A DNA stretch of 43,443 nucleotides from Erysipelotrichaceae bacterium (GTDB lineage Bacteria; Bacillota_I; Bacilli_A; Erysipelotrichales; Erysipelotrichaceae): assembly GCA_003510215.1 (NCBI GenBank), contig DOKQ01000097.1, positions 1 to 43,443 of the forward strand, in the 5' to 3' direction. The position numbers and the translations under genes were made by a program. Position 1 is the stretch's first letter, and each line of letters begins with the position of its first letter. Positions 26,104 through 34,389 of the stretch are shown piece by piece. The notes below the pieces were generated by a model that saw only the letters and a list, made by a program, of their open reading frames with translations, ran no database searches and was not told the origin of the DNA.

Positions 26104-27843
26104 ATGTCGTTTGAAGAAATGTTACAGCTGTTATCCAATGAAATGACGTTGATGATTATCGGGGGTCTACTCCTGTTTTTCATCGTGTTACTGGTGATTC
26201 GTCGCATACGGGTTCGTTCGCTTTTGAAGCGCTTAAACGAATGCGAGGTACGTTATAACTCAATTAAGAGTGTTCCTTTGCAGTTCAAGTTAAACAAAGC
26301 AATCGCTTTGGCCCGTATTTCTGAAGATGTATCCACAACGGTGAATCATTCACAGCAGAGTTATTTAAAGATTCAGGATCGTTTTAAGGAAATAGCCACC
26401 ATTCTTGCGGATACTGAGGATTTGATTCTAACAGGCAAATTGAAGGATAGCAAGGATAATTGCTCTGATTTACATGTGCTTCTTGATGAAACGACGGATT
26501 GGGTGGAAGATACAGAGCGAACATTGAATCTTGTGCTGGAGCAGGAAGCGAAGCAACGAGTAGAAATCACGAAACTCAAGGATGAGTTTAGAGAGATCAA
26601 AGCTTCGAGCGCAGCGAAAGCCAATGCTTTATCGATAAGTAAGGAAACGTTGGATTCAATGATTGGCGAAGTGGAAAAGATGTTCTCAAGTTTCGAGGAA
26701 TGGATGTTTGCTTCGGAGTTTGAGAAAGCTTCAGAGAAAACTCTTGAAATTGATGAACAGGTCAAACGGCTATCCACACTTGTTCAACAGCTTCCGGATT
26801 TGATTGCTCAGGTTAAGGGAATACTTCCGCGTCTTGTGGATGATGTTTCCTATAATTATAGTCGATATAAGCAAAAGGGAGTGTATCTAACACACCTTGA
26901 TGTTGCAAAGAATCTTGAATTTATCTCATCTACGCTTAAAGAGGATTTAACCTCGTTACGAACGTGCTCGATTGAAAAGGTCAAGGAACACTGTGAGGAT
27001 AATGAGAAGCGACTCAAACAGCTGCTGACATCAATGCAACGTGAGGAAAAGGCTTACGATGATCTGGTTGAAACAAGGTCGTCCTTATCTTCGCTTCTGG
27101 CGGAAAATACACAATTGTTCTCCCAACTTAAAAAGCAGGGGGCACATATTGCTTTGCGTTATGGCTATATGTCCTATGAGGATAAAATTCCGGCACTTGA
27201 GGCCACATTGATTAAATCAAATGAAACCTATCGTCGTCTTGAAAAGATGATGGTGGACCATTCCGTACCTGCTTCAACTCTGATTGTTTCTTTCAAGGAA
27301 TCCCTTCAGGATGTTGGAAATCAGAACAAGGACATTCAATCACAATTACAGATTTTACAGAGTGCTCAAAGTGATGAGGATCGTGCTAAAAAGCAATTAC
27401 TTAAATTGCATTTGATTATGAATGAGATTTCCTCCAAAATTGCCAAACATCGTTTACCTACGATTTCTGATTCATATCAGGGAGATGTGGTTGCGGGAGA
27501 AAAACTCATCGTGCAAATTGAAGAGATGCTCGATAAATCACCGTTGGATGTCAAAATGTTGAACCCATTAGTGGCCAATGCAATTGACACAATCTATAAA
27601 CTTTACAACAATGTCAACAATATCGTCGGTATGGTCGATATGATTGAACATGCGATTGTCTTTGGAAATAAATATCGTTCCAGTTTACCGATGATTGATT
27701 CTGAGCTGACTCGTGCTGAATTAAGCTTTAGGAATGGTGAGTATACTCAGGCTCTGACCATTGCATTATCGGCAGTAGAAAAGATCCATCCAAACTCTTA
27801 TGAAGAATTGATTAAGGAGAATGCTCGCAGTGGACGCAATTAA
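26104..27843 (+). CDS. ezrA: Septation ring formation regulator EzrA
   Basis: 579 aa. A single N-terminal TM helix (MTLMIIGGLLLFFIVLLVI) is followed by a long coiled-coil/spectrin-like region. It sits between rpsD and cysteine desulfurase-thiI, as in Bacillus. Confidence 0.85.
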   Translation: MSFEEMLQLLSNEMTLMIIGGLLLFFIVLLVIRRIRVRSLLKRLNECEVRYNSIKSVPLQFKLNKAIALARISEDVSTTVNHSQQSYLKIQDRFKEIATILADTEDLILTGKLKDSKDNCSDLHVLLDETTDWVEDTERTLNLVLEQEAKQRVEITKLKDEFREIKASSAAKANALSISKETLDSMIGEVEKMFSSFEEWMFASEFEKASEKTLEIDEQVKRLSTLVQQLPDLIAQVKGILPRLVDDVSYNYSRYKQKGVYLTHLDVAKNLEFISSTLKEDLTSLRTCSIEKVKEHCEDNEKRLKQLLTSMQREEKAYDDLVETRSSLSSLLAENTQLFSQLKKQGAHIALRYGYMSYEDKIPALEATLIKSNETYRRLEKMMVDHSVPASTLIVSFKESLQDVGNQNKDIQSQLQILQSAQSDEDRAKKQLLKLHLIMNEISSKIAKHRLPTISDSYQGDVVAGEKLIVQIEEMLDKSPLDVKMLNPLVANAIDTIYKLYNNVNNIVGMVDMIEHAIVFGNKYRSSLPMIDSELTRAELSFRNGEYTQALTIALSAVEKIHPNSYEELIKENARSGRN

Positions 27844-28978
27844 TCAGGGTATCTATCTGGATTATGCAAGCACGAGTCCGTTACTGGATGAAGTACTGGA
27901 GGCAACACAAGTTCTGTTGCCACAGTTTTATGCCAATCCGGATTCATTGCATACACCGGGAAGCAAAATGGCCGCATTGCAGCAACGTGCCCGCAAGCAG
28001 ATCGCTGGTCTTTTGGGATGTCAGGATCATGAAGTTATTTTTACTTCAGGTGCAACCGAAGCAAATAACATGGCTATCAAAGGGATTGCACTAGCAAATC
28101 AGGCTAAAGGAAAACATATTGTAACAACAGCTATAGAGCATAAAAGTGTGATGAGTGCTATCACTCAGCTTGTGGATCATTTTGGATTTGAGTGCACGAT
28201 ATTACCGGTGGATGCTAAGGGCAACATTGATTTGCATCAGTTGGAGGCATCTTTACGAAAAGATACCATTTTGGTTAGTGTGATGGCTGTGAACAATGAA
28301 ATCGGAACTGTGTTTCCCATTGACACTATTACCCAAATTGTCAAACGATACTCAAAAGCATATATGCATGTGGATTATGTGCAGGCTTTAGGAAAGATTG
28401 AGTTGCAACTTCAGCGTGTGGATGCTGCGAGTTTTTCTGGGCATAAAATTGGCGGGTTAAAAGGTAGTGGTGTACTTTTTAAAGGTCAAAACGTTCCTAT
28501 GCTGCCACTTTTGAGCGGGGGCCAACAGGAGAACTATCAGCGATCTGGCACATCTAACGCCATTGCAAATATTACCTTTGCGAAAGCGATGCGCTTGGCT
28601 ATCGAATCTCAGCCTGTTTCATATCGTAAGGCAACTCGTTGGAAACAACGGATTATATCCGAGTGTAAACAGATTGAGGGGTGGGCATGTATATCTGCGG
28701 AAGATGCTTCCCCATTTATAATATCCATGGCGTATCCCAAGGTTCCATCGCAGATTATGTTAAATGCACTTGATCAAAAAGGTATTTATGTTTCTGCCAT
28801 CAGCACCTGTTCAACCAAAAGCCAGCAGGTTTCCTATGTGCATCAGGCCATAGGGCTTAGTGATGATCGCTCTAGAAGTGTCATTCGGGTTTCTTTATCT
28901 TCCATGACGAAAGATGAGGATGTTGAAGCCTTTATTCAAGCCTATAAGGAGGTTATTTTTCATGGTTACTCAACCTAA
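27821..28978 (+). CDS. iscS: Cysteine desulfurase (NifS/IscS/NifZ class, ThiI partner)
   Basis: IYLDYASTSP N-terminal pattern, PLP-lysine motif SFSGHKIGG, and catalytic-loop SGTSN region. The start is uncertain: ATG 27821 abuts the SD AAGGAGA (27814-27820), while in-frame GTG 27830 has better spacing. Confidence 0.88.
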   Translation: MLAVDAINQGIYLDYASTSPLLDEVLEATQVLLPQFYANPDSLHTPGSKMAALQQRARKQIAGLLGCQDHEVIFTSGATEANNMAIKGIALANQAKGKHIVTTAIEHKSVMSAITQLVDHFGFECTILPVDAKGNIDLHQLEASLRKDTILVSVMAVNNEIGTVFPIDTITQIVKRYSKAYMHVDYVQALGKIELQLQRVDAASFSGHKIGGLKGSGVLFKGQNVPMLPLLSGGQQENYQRSGTSNAIANITFAKAMRLAIESQPVSYRKATRWKQRIISECKQIEGWACISAEDASPFIISMAYPKVPSQIMLNALDQKGIYVSAISTCSTKSQQVSYVHQAIGLSDDRSRSVIRVSLSSMTKDEDVEAFIQAYKEVIFHGYST

Positions 28979-30158
28979 TATTATCGTCGTTCGATTTGCA
29001 GAACTTTCTACAAAGGGGAAGAATCGCAAACAGTTCATTACGATGTTACGTCAAAATATACAGGAAGTGTGCAAAGGATTTCCATCATGCAAGGTTCAGC
29101 AGGCTTATGATCGTATCTATGTGTTGGTCAATGACGAAAATGCATCGGAACTCATGAATCGACTTCAGGATGTCTTTGGTATTGCGACACTATCTCTTGC
29201 CTATCAGGTTCCATTAGCCATCAATGACATTATCGACGCTGCTTTTACACTGATTCAAAAAGAGCCTGTGAGCACATTTAAAGTGATAACACGACGCATG
29301 AATAAACAATTTCCATTGGAGTCGGATGAAATCAACCGGGCAGTGGCTAAAAAGATTTTGCAGGAAACGGATTTTGTTGTTGATGTTCACAAGCCTCAAG
29401 TGAAAGTGCTGGTAGAAATACGTCATCATGAAGCCTATGTAACCGTTAATACGATTGAAGGTGCCAAAGGGTATCCGGTGAAGATTCAAGGGAAGGCTAT
29501 GTTGCTTATGTCGGGTGGCATTGATTCATGTGTTGCTTCCTACTTAAGTAATAAGCGGGGAATTGAGGTCGAAGCAATCCATTTTGCCTCTCCACCTTAT
29601 ACATCCGATGCTGCGAAGCAGAAGGTTCTTGATCTTGCTAAGGTTTTGACTCGATATCAGCCATTCATCCGCTTGCATATTGTGCCATTTACGGATATTC
29701 AGATGCAGATTGCTATGAATGTTCCCGAAAGCTATCGCATTACTGTGATGCGTCGATTTATGGTACGATTGGCTCAACGTTTAGCCGAGCAGCGCCGCTG
29801 CAAAGCATTAATTACCGGAGAAAGTGTTGGGCAGGTTGCTTCACAGACACTTGAAAGTATGAGTGTGATCAACGAAGTGACAACCATGCCGATATTACGA
29901 CCGTTAGTTTCATTTGATAAAACTGAAATTATTGAAATTGCCAAAAAAATTGGAACGTATGATATTTCCATTCGTCCATTTGAGGATTGTTGTACCATTT
30001 TTACTCCTGTAGCTCCTGTCACAAAACCATTGCTGCATAAAGCACAACGTTTTGAAAGTAAACTTGATATTGAAACATTAATTGAAGAGAGTTTAGCCGC
30101 GACAGAAGTCGTCATGATAAGGTATAATGATGCAAAAGAAGAAGATTCATTCTTCTAA
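28962..30158 (+). CDS. thiI: tRNA 4-thiouridine synthase ThiI
   Basis: SD AAGGAGG 28947-28953, ATG 28962 (the listed upstream start lacks an SD). VRFAELSTKGKNR N-terminus, THUMP region, and PP-loop SGGIDS (LLMSGGIDSCVA). Overlaps the desulfurase gene by 17 nt. Confidence 0.93.
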   Translation: MVTQPNIIVVRFAELSTKGKNRKQFITMLRQNIQEVCKGFPSCKVQQAYDRIYVLVNDENASELMNRLQDVFGIATLSLAYQVPLAINDIIDAAFTLIQKEPVSTFKVITRRMNKQFPLESDEINRAVAKKILQETDFVVDVHKPQVKVLVEIRHHEAYVTVNTIEGAKGYPVKIQGKAMLLMSGGIDSCVASYLSNKRGIEVEAIHFASPPYTSDAAKQKVLDLAKVLTRYQPFIRLHIVPFTDIQMQIAMNVPESYRITVMRRFMVRLAQRLAEQRRCKALITGESVGQVASQTLESMSVINEVTTMPILRPLVSFDKTEIIEIAKKIGTYDISIRPFEDCCTIFTPVAPVTKPLLHKAQRFESKLDIETLIEESLAATEVVMIRYNDAKEEDSFF

Positions 30159-30170
30159 GGGAGGTAATTT

Positions 30171-31016
30171 ATGAATCATTTATTAGTACTGCAAAGTGAT
30201 TTTGGTCTTGTGGATGGGGCAGTAGCTGCAATGTATGGTGTTGCCTTTGATACATGCAAGGATTTAAAGGTTTATGATTTGACCCATGAAATACCCCCTT
30301 ACGACTTGTTTGCGGCCTCCTACCGCCTCATTCAATCGGTTCAGTATTGGCCCAAAGGGACCGTTTTTGTTTCTGTCGTTGACCCAGGTGTAGGTTCACA
30401 ACGCAAAAGTGTGGTAGCAAAGACTTTGTCTGGTCATTATATCGTCACTCCGGATAACGGCACACTGACTCATCTTAAACGACTGATTGGAATTGAAGAA
30501 ATTCGGGAAATTGAAGAGGCTGTTCATAGACGCCAGAACACGGAACATTCCTACACATTTCATGGACGTGATGTTTATGCCTATACCGGAGCTAAACTGG
30601 CGGGTAAACTGATTACCTTTGAAGAAGTTGGGCGTTTGCTAAGTGTTGAACACATTGTTGAGCTGGATGTGATTGAACCCACGTTTGATGGCGAAAAAAT
30701 TACCGGTAATGTGGATATTCTCGATGTTCGCTTTGGAAGCTTATGGACCAACATACCAAGAGAGATGTTTGAAAAACTGAATATTTCCTTTGGTGAATGG
30801 GTTGAAGCGACCATTTCTTATGGACACATCCGCAGTTATCAGAATCAGGTTTGTTATGGACCAACATTTGCCATGGTGAATCTGGGTGAAGCACTATTGT
30901 ATACCAATTCGATGTATCACATGGCTTTGGCAATCAATCAGGGAAACTTTGCCCGTGCTTACAATATTGGTACGGGATTGCAGTGGAAAGTAGAATTAAA
31001 GAAAGTTGTGAGGTAA
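30171..31016 (+). CDS. DUF62-family SAM hydrolase / SAM hydroxide adenosyltransferase-like protein (fluorinase/chlorinase fold)
   Basis: 281 aa. SD AAGGGAGG. N-terminal LQSDFGLVDGAVAAMYGV, VDPGVGS and TPDNGTLTH motifs are characteristic of the 5'-halo-5'-deoxyadenosine synthase/DUF62 family. Confidence 0.75.
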   Translation: MNHLLVLQSDFGLVDGAVAAMYGVAFDTCKDLKVYDLTHEIPPYDLFAASYRLIQSVQYWPKGTVFVSVVDPGVGSQRKSVVAKTLSGHYIVTPDNGTLTHLKRLIGIEEIREIEEAVHRRQNTEHSYTFHGRDVYAYTGAKLAGKLITFEEVGRLLSVEHIVELDVIEPTFDGEKITGNVDILDVRFGSLWTNIPREMFEKLNISFGEWVEATISYGHIRSYQNQVCYGPTFAMVNLGEALLYTNSMYHMALAINQGNFARAYNIGTGLQWKVELKKVVR

Positions 31017-31019
31017 GAT

Positions 31020-32405
31020 ATGGCTTTTGATCAATTAACAGAGCGGTTATCGCTGGCCGTCAAAAAAATCAGTGGACAAGCAACATTAACTGAAAAAAAC
31101 ATGGAAGAAATGCTGAGGGAAGTGCGTCTTGCCTTACTTGAAGCAGACGTAAATATCAAAGTCATTCAATCCTTCTTGGAATCAGTCAAAGAAAAATCAC
31201 TGGGTAAAGATGTCTTAAGAAATGTCAATGCATCCAACATGGTGGTCAAGATTGTTCACGATGAACTTGTGGAACTGCTTGGTGAAAAGGAAGCAACCTT
31301 GAGTCTATTAAAAAAACCTTCCATCATCATGATGGTTGGTTTGCAGGGGACTGGGAAAACAACTTCAGCTGCCAAAATTGCTCGTTTCCTTAAGACTCGT
31401 GAAAATAAGAAAGTCTTGCTTGTGGCCGCGGATTTAGTTCGTCCTGCGGCTATTGAGCAATTAAAGGTTTTAGGTCAAAGTGTTGATGTCGAAGTCTTCT
31501 CTTTAGGGATTGAAACCAAAACGGTAGAGACTGTTAAACGAGCTAAGGAGTATGCCATTTTACATCAGTTTGATGTCATGATCGTGGATACTGCAGGTCG
31601 TTTGCATATTGATGAATCATTGATGGATGAACTTGTGGCTGTTAAAGAAGAGTTGCAAAGTGATGAAATTCTACTGACTGTCGATGCAATGACGGGTCAG
31701 GATATTGTGACGGTCGCTACATCATTTCATCAGTCATTAAAGACAACCGGACTTGTTGTTACCAAGTTTGATGGTGATTCTCGAGGTGGGGGTGTACTTT
31801 CAGTACGTACGCTAACCTCTGTGCCGGTTAAGTTTGTGGCTACAGGTGAAAAAGTTGAAGATCTTGAACTCTTCTATCCGGATCGTATGGCATCACGAAT
31901 TCTTGGGATGGGTGATATTTTAACTCTTGTGGAGCAAGCAGAAGAAAAGCTGGATGCTGAAAAGAGTATGAAGGGCGCGCAACGTCTGATGGATGGCTCA
32001 TTTACCCTAGAAGACATGTTGGATCAGTTTGAACAGATGAATAAACTTGGATCCATCGCCAATTTGCTCAAAATGGTTCCTGGAGCTAATCAGCTGGCAG
32101 CACAGATTAATGATGAGCAGGCTGCGGCTTCCATGAAGCGTTCAAAAGCGATTATTCTTTCCATGACCAAAGAAGAACGGAATAATCCTTCTTTATTACG
32201 TGCGGCACGCAAATCACGTATTGCCCGTGGTAGTGGTACGGATGTTGCTGAGGTAAATCGTTTGCTTTCCCAGTTTGAGAAGACTAAGGAGCAAATGAAG
32301 ATGATGATGCGAATGGGTGGTCAGAATGCTTTTGGTGGAGCTATGAAAGCCGGATCCAATACCCGGCCAAATCCCAACAAGAAGAAAAAGAAAAAGAAGA
32401 AATAA
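31020..32405 (+). CDS. ffh: Signal recognition particle protein Ffh
   Basis: 461 aa. NG domain GTPase motifs GLQGTGKTT, DTAGR and TKFDGD. Met-rich M domain. Unusual K8 C-terminal tail. Confidence 0.97.
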   Translation: MAFDQLTERLSLAVKKISGQATLTEKNMEEMLREVRLALLEADVNIKVIQSFLESVKEKSLGKDVLRNVNASNMVVKIVHDELVELLGEKEATLSLLKKPSIIMMVGLQGTGKTTSAAKIARFLKTRENKKVLLVAADLVRPAAIEQLKVLGQSVDVEVFSLGIETKTVETVKRAKEYAILHQFDVMIVDTAGRLHIDESLMDELVAVKEELQSDEILLTVDAMTGQDIVTVATSFHQSLKTTGLVVTKFDGDSRGGGVLSVRTLTSVPVKFVATGEKVEDLELFYPDRMASRILGMGDILTLVEQAEEKLDAEKSMKGAQRLMDGSFTLEDMLDQFEQMNKLGSIANLLKMVPGANQLAAQINDEQAAASMKRSKAIILSMTKEERNNPSLLRAARKSRIARGSGTDVAEVNRLLSQFEKTKEQMKMMMRMGGQNAFGGAMKAGSNTRPNPNKKKKKKKK

Positions 32406-32492
32406 TCCGAGAAAATAATGTATAAAAGTCAGTTGATCCCTGATTATTTCAAACTTAAATAAAATAAATATTAGGGTGTTAAGTAAAAATGC

Positions 32493-32520
32493 TTGACACC
32501 CTTAGAATATAGAGTATAAT
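32493..32520 (+). promoter_or_regulatory. Strong SigA-type promoter of the rpsP operon
   Basis: TTGACA (32493-32498), 16-nt spacer, TATAAT (32515-32520). Confidence 0.7.
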
Positions 32521-32547
32521 ACTCATGTATGCAAGGAGGTATATCAT

Positions 32548-32820
32548 ATGGCTGTAAAACTTCGTTTAAAAAGAATGGGTGCTAAGAAAGATCCATTTTA
32601 CCGTATTGTCGCTGCTGATTCACGTTCACCACGTGATGGTCGTTTCATCGAATCTATCGGTTACTATAACCCAACATCCGTACCAGCGGAAGTAAAGATC
32701 GATGAAGAAGCTGCTTTGAAATGGTTATCAAACGGCGCTCAACCATCAGATACAGTTCGCAATCTATTGTCAACTGCTGGTGTTATGAAGCGTTTTCACG
32801 AATCAAAGTTAGGTAAGTAA
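32548..32820 (+). CDS. rpsP: 30S ribosomal protein S16
   Basis: 90 aa. [44 protein letters not shown]. Confidence 0.97.
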   Translation: MAVKLRLKRMGAKKDPFYRIVAADSRSPRDGRFIESIGYYNPTSVPAEVKIDEEAALKWLSNGAQPSDTVRNLLSTAGVMKRFHESKLGK

Positions 32821-32822
32821 TC

Positions 32823-33071
32823 ATGAACACATTGGAACAAGTGTGTTATGATCTTGTCTCTCCGATGGTCGAGGATCTTGAGAGTCTAAGCGTAAAAACA
32901 TTGCCGAGTCTTGATGAAAAAGAAATCATTCTCATGGTGTATGCCAAGAGTGAAGATATTGCTCGTTTAATTGGGCGTCAAGGGTCAATGGCAAGCGCCA
33001 TTCGTCACACGATGAGCGTTTTGTCTCGCAGTGAAAACAAACGTATTTCAATCAAGTTTGAATCATACTAG
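32823..33071 (+). CDS. KH-domain RNA-binding protein (YlqC family)
   Basis: 82 aa. GxxG KH signature in IARLIGRQGSMASAIR. Conserved position between rpsP and rimM. Confidence 0.85.
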   Translation: MNTLEQVCYDLVSPMVEDLESLSVKTLPSLDEKEIILMVYAKSEDIARLIGRQGSMASAIRHTMSVLSRSENKRISIKFESY

Positions 33072-33092
33072 GATGCGTTGCATCCTTTTTTT
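33071..33092 (+). terminator. Intrinsic terminator/attenuator inside the rpsP-trmD operon
   Basis: GGATGC-gtt-GCATCC followed by seven T (33086-33092), lying between the KH-protein stop and the rimM SD. Confidence 0.65.
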
Positions 33093-33101
33093 GGAGGTAC
33101 T

Positions 33102-33602
33102 ATGGAAAAAATGGACATTGGCGTCATTGTTCGCCCATTTGGTATTAAAGGTGAAGTCAAAGTAAAGTTGTACACGGATTTTCCTGAGCAGCGTTTTGCG
33201 ATTGGAAATGTAGTGACACTCACTTATTCACAACAGACAACGGATCTTAAAATTGATTCATTTCGTATGCATCAGGGATTTGCATTAGTTCGGTTTGAAC
33301 AATTGCATAACATAAATGATATCGAACATTTTCGTAATGCAACCATCTCCATTGATAAAAAGTTGCTTCATGAACTCGAAGAAGATGAGTATTACTATTT
33401 TGAGCTTATCGGTTTGCGGGTATTTGAGGATGAAGTCGTCCTTGGAGAGGTCATTGAAATCGTGGATTCGTTAGCACATCCAATTTTAAGAGTGAAAACA
33501 GGTGATAAGGATCTTTTGATTCCGTATGTGAATGCTTTCATTCTAGATGTAGATATGGAAGAAAAACGCATCGATGTTAAACTGATTGAGGGAATGAAAT
33601 GA
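33102..33602 (+). CDS. rimM: 16S rRNA processing protein RimM
   Basis: SD GGAGG 33093-33097, ATG 33102. 166 aa. GVIVRPFGIKGEVKV N-terminal pattern and a PRC barrel C-terminal part. The listed TTG 33078 start would lie inside the terminator hairpin. Confidence 0.9.
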   Translation: MEKMDIGVIVRPFGIKGEVKVKLYTDFPEQRFAIGNVVTLTYSQQTTDLKIDSFRMHQGFALVRFEQLHNINDIEHFRNATISIDKKLLHELEEDEYYYFELIGLRVFEDEVVLGEVIEIVDSLAHPILRVKTGDKDLLIPYVNAFILDVDMEEKRIDVKLIEGMK

Positions 33603-34318
33603 AAATTTCTATCTTAACGATATTTCCCGAAATGTTTGAAGGGTTTTTAACGACATCCATTATAAAGAAGGCAATTCTAAAAGAATTAGTGGAAGTGGAA
33701 ATGATTGATATTCGATCCTTTACTAAGGATAAACATAATCGGGTGGATGATTATCCTTTTGGTGGTGGTGCTGGACTGGTTATGATGGCTCAGCCTGTCA
33801 TTGACGCCATCAACTCATGCAAAGCTGAAAATAGTCATGTAATTTACATGACACCCGTGGGTCATTCATTTAAACAGGGGATTGCTAAAGAGTTTGCTGG
33901 AAAGTCTCACCTTATTTTGCTCTGTGGCCATTACGAAGGTATTGATGAGCGAATTATGCCGTATGTGGATGAATGCATAAGTATTGGTGATTATGTCCTT
34001 ACAGGCGGGGAACTGGCTGCTATGGTAGTCAGTGATGCTGTGATTCGATTGCAACCGGGTGTAATCACCGAGGATTCAATCATTGATGAGTCCTACGAAG
34101 ACAATTTGCTTGAATACCCTCAATACACTCGCCCAGCAACCTATCAGGGAGTGGATGTTCCGAAAGTACTCTTATCGGGTCATCATGAGGAAATTCGAAA
34201 ATGGCGATTGAAACAGTCACTTTTAAGAACGAAAAAGTTTCGTCCGGATTTACTTCAGCAACGTGTGTTTACCAAAGAAGAACGCAAACTCCTCGATTCA
34301 GCCGATATGGATGAATAA
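33599..34318 (+). CDS. trmD: tRNA (guanine37-N1)-methyltransferase
   Basis: 239 aa. ATGA overlap with rimM. ISILTIFPEMFEG, DDYPFGGGAGLVM and LLCGHYEGIDER motifs. Confidence 0.96.
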   Translation: MKISILTIFPEMFEGFLTTSIIKKAILKELVEVEMIDIRSFTKDKHNRVDDYPFGGGAGLVMMAQPVIDAINSCKAENSHVIYMTPVGHSFKQGIAKEFAGKSHLILLCGHYEGIDERIMPYVDECISIGDYVLTGGELAAMVVSDAVIRLQPGVITEDSIIDESYEDNLLEYPQYTRPATYQGVDVPKVLLSGHHEEIRKWRLKQSLLRTKKFRPDLLQQRVFTKEERKLLDSADMDE

Positions 34319-34342
34319 GGAGTTTTTCTTTGGTTATACGAC

Positions 34343-34372
34343 TTGATTTCATACCCCCTGGGGGTATATAAT
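34343..34372 (+). promoter_or_regulatory. copA promoter with embedded CsoR-type operator palindrome
   Basis: TTGATT (34343-34348), 18 nt, TATAAT (34367-34372). The 17-bp perfect palindrome ATACCCCCTGGGGGTAT (34351-34367) fills the spacer and matches the GC-core, AT-flanked architecture of CsoR operators. Confidence 0.6.
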
Positions 34373-34389
34373 GATTTCGAGGTGAAACT

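Noticed and set aside
32379-32402. Homopurine run aagaagaaaaagaaaaagaagaaa at the ffh 3' end, considered as a slippery or frameshift site or a repeat
   Set aside because: It encodes a K8 C-terminal tail and is followed immediately by the stop codon. No downstream ORF exists in either alternative frame, so there is no evidence for recoding.
32472-32504. Hairpin agggtgt...acaccct between ffh and rpsP, considered as an ffh terminator
   Set aside because: No T-run follows it and the loop is 16 nt. The right arm overlaps the TTGACA -35 box of the rpsP promoter, so it is more likely incidental or a minor structural feature.
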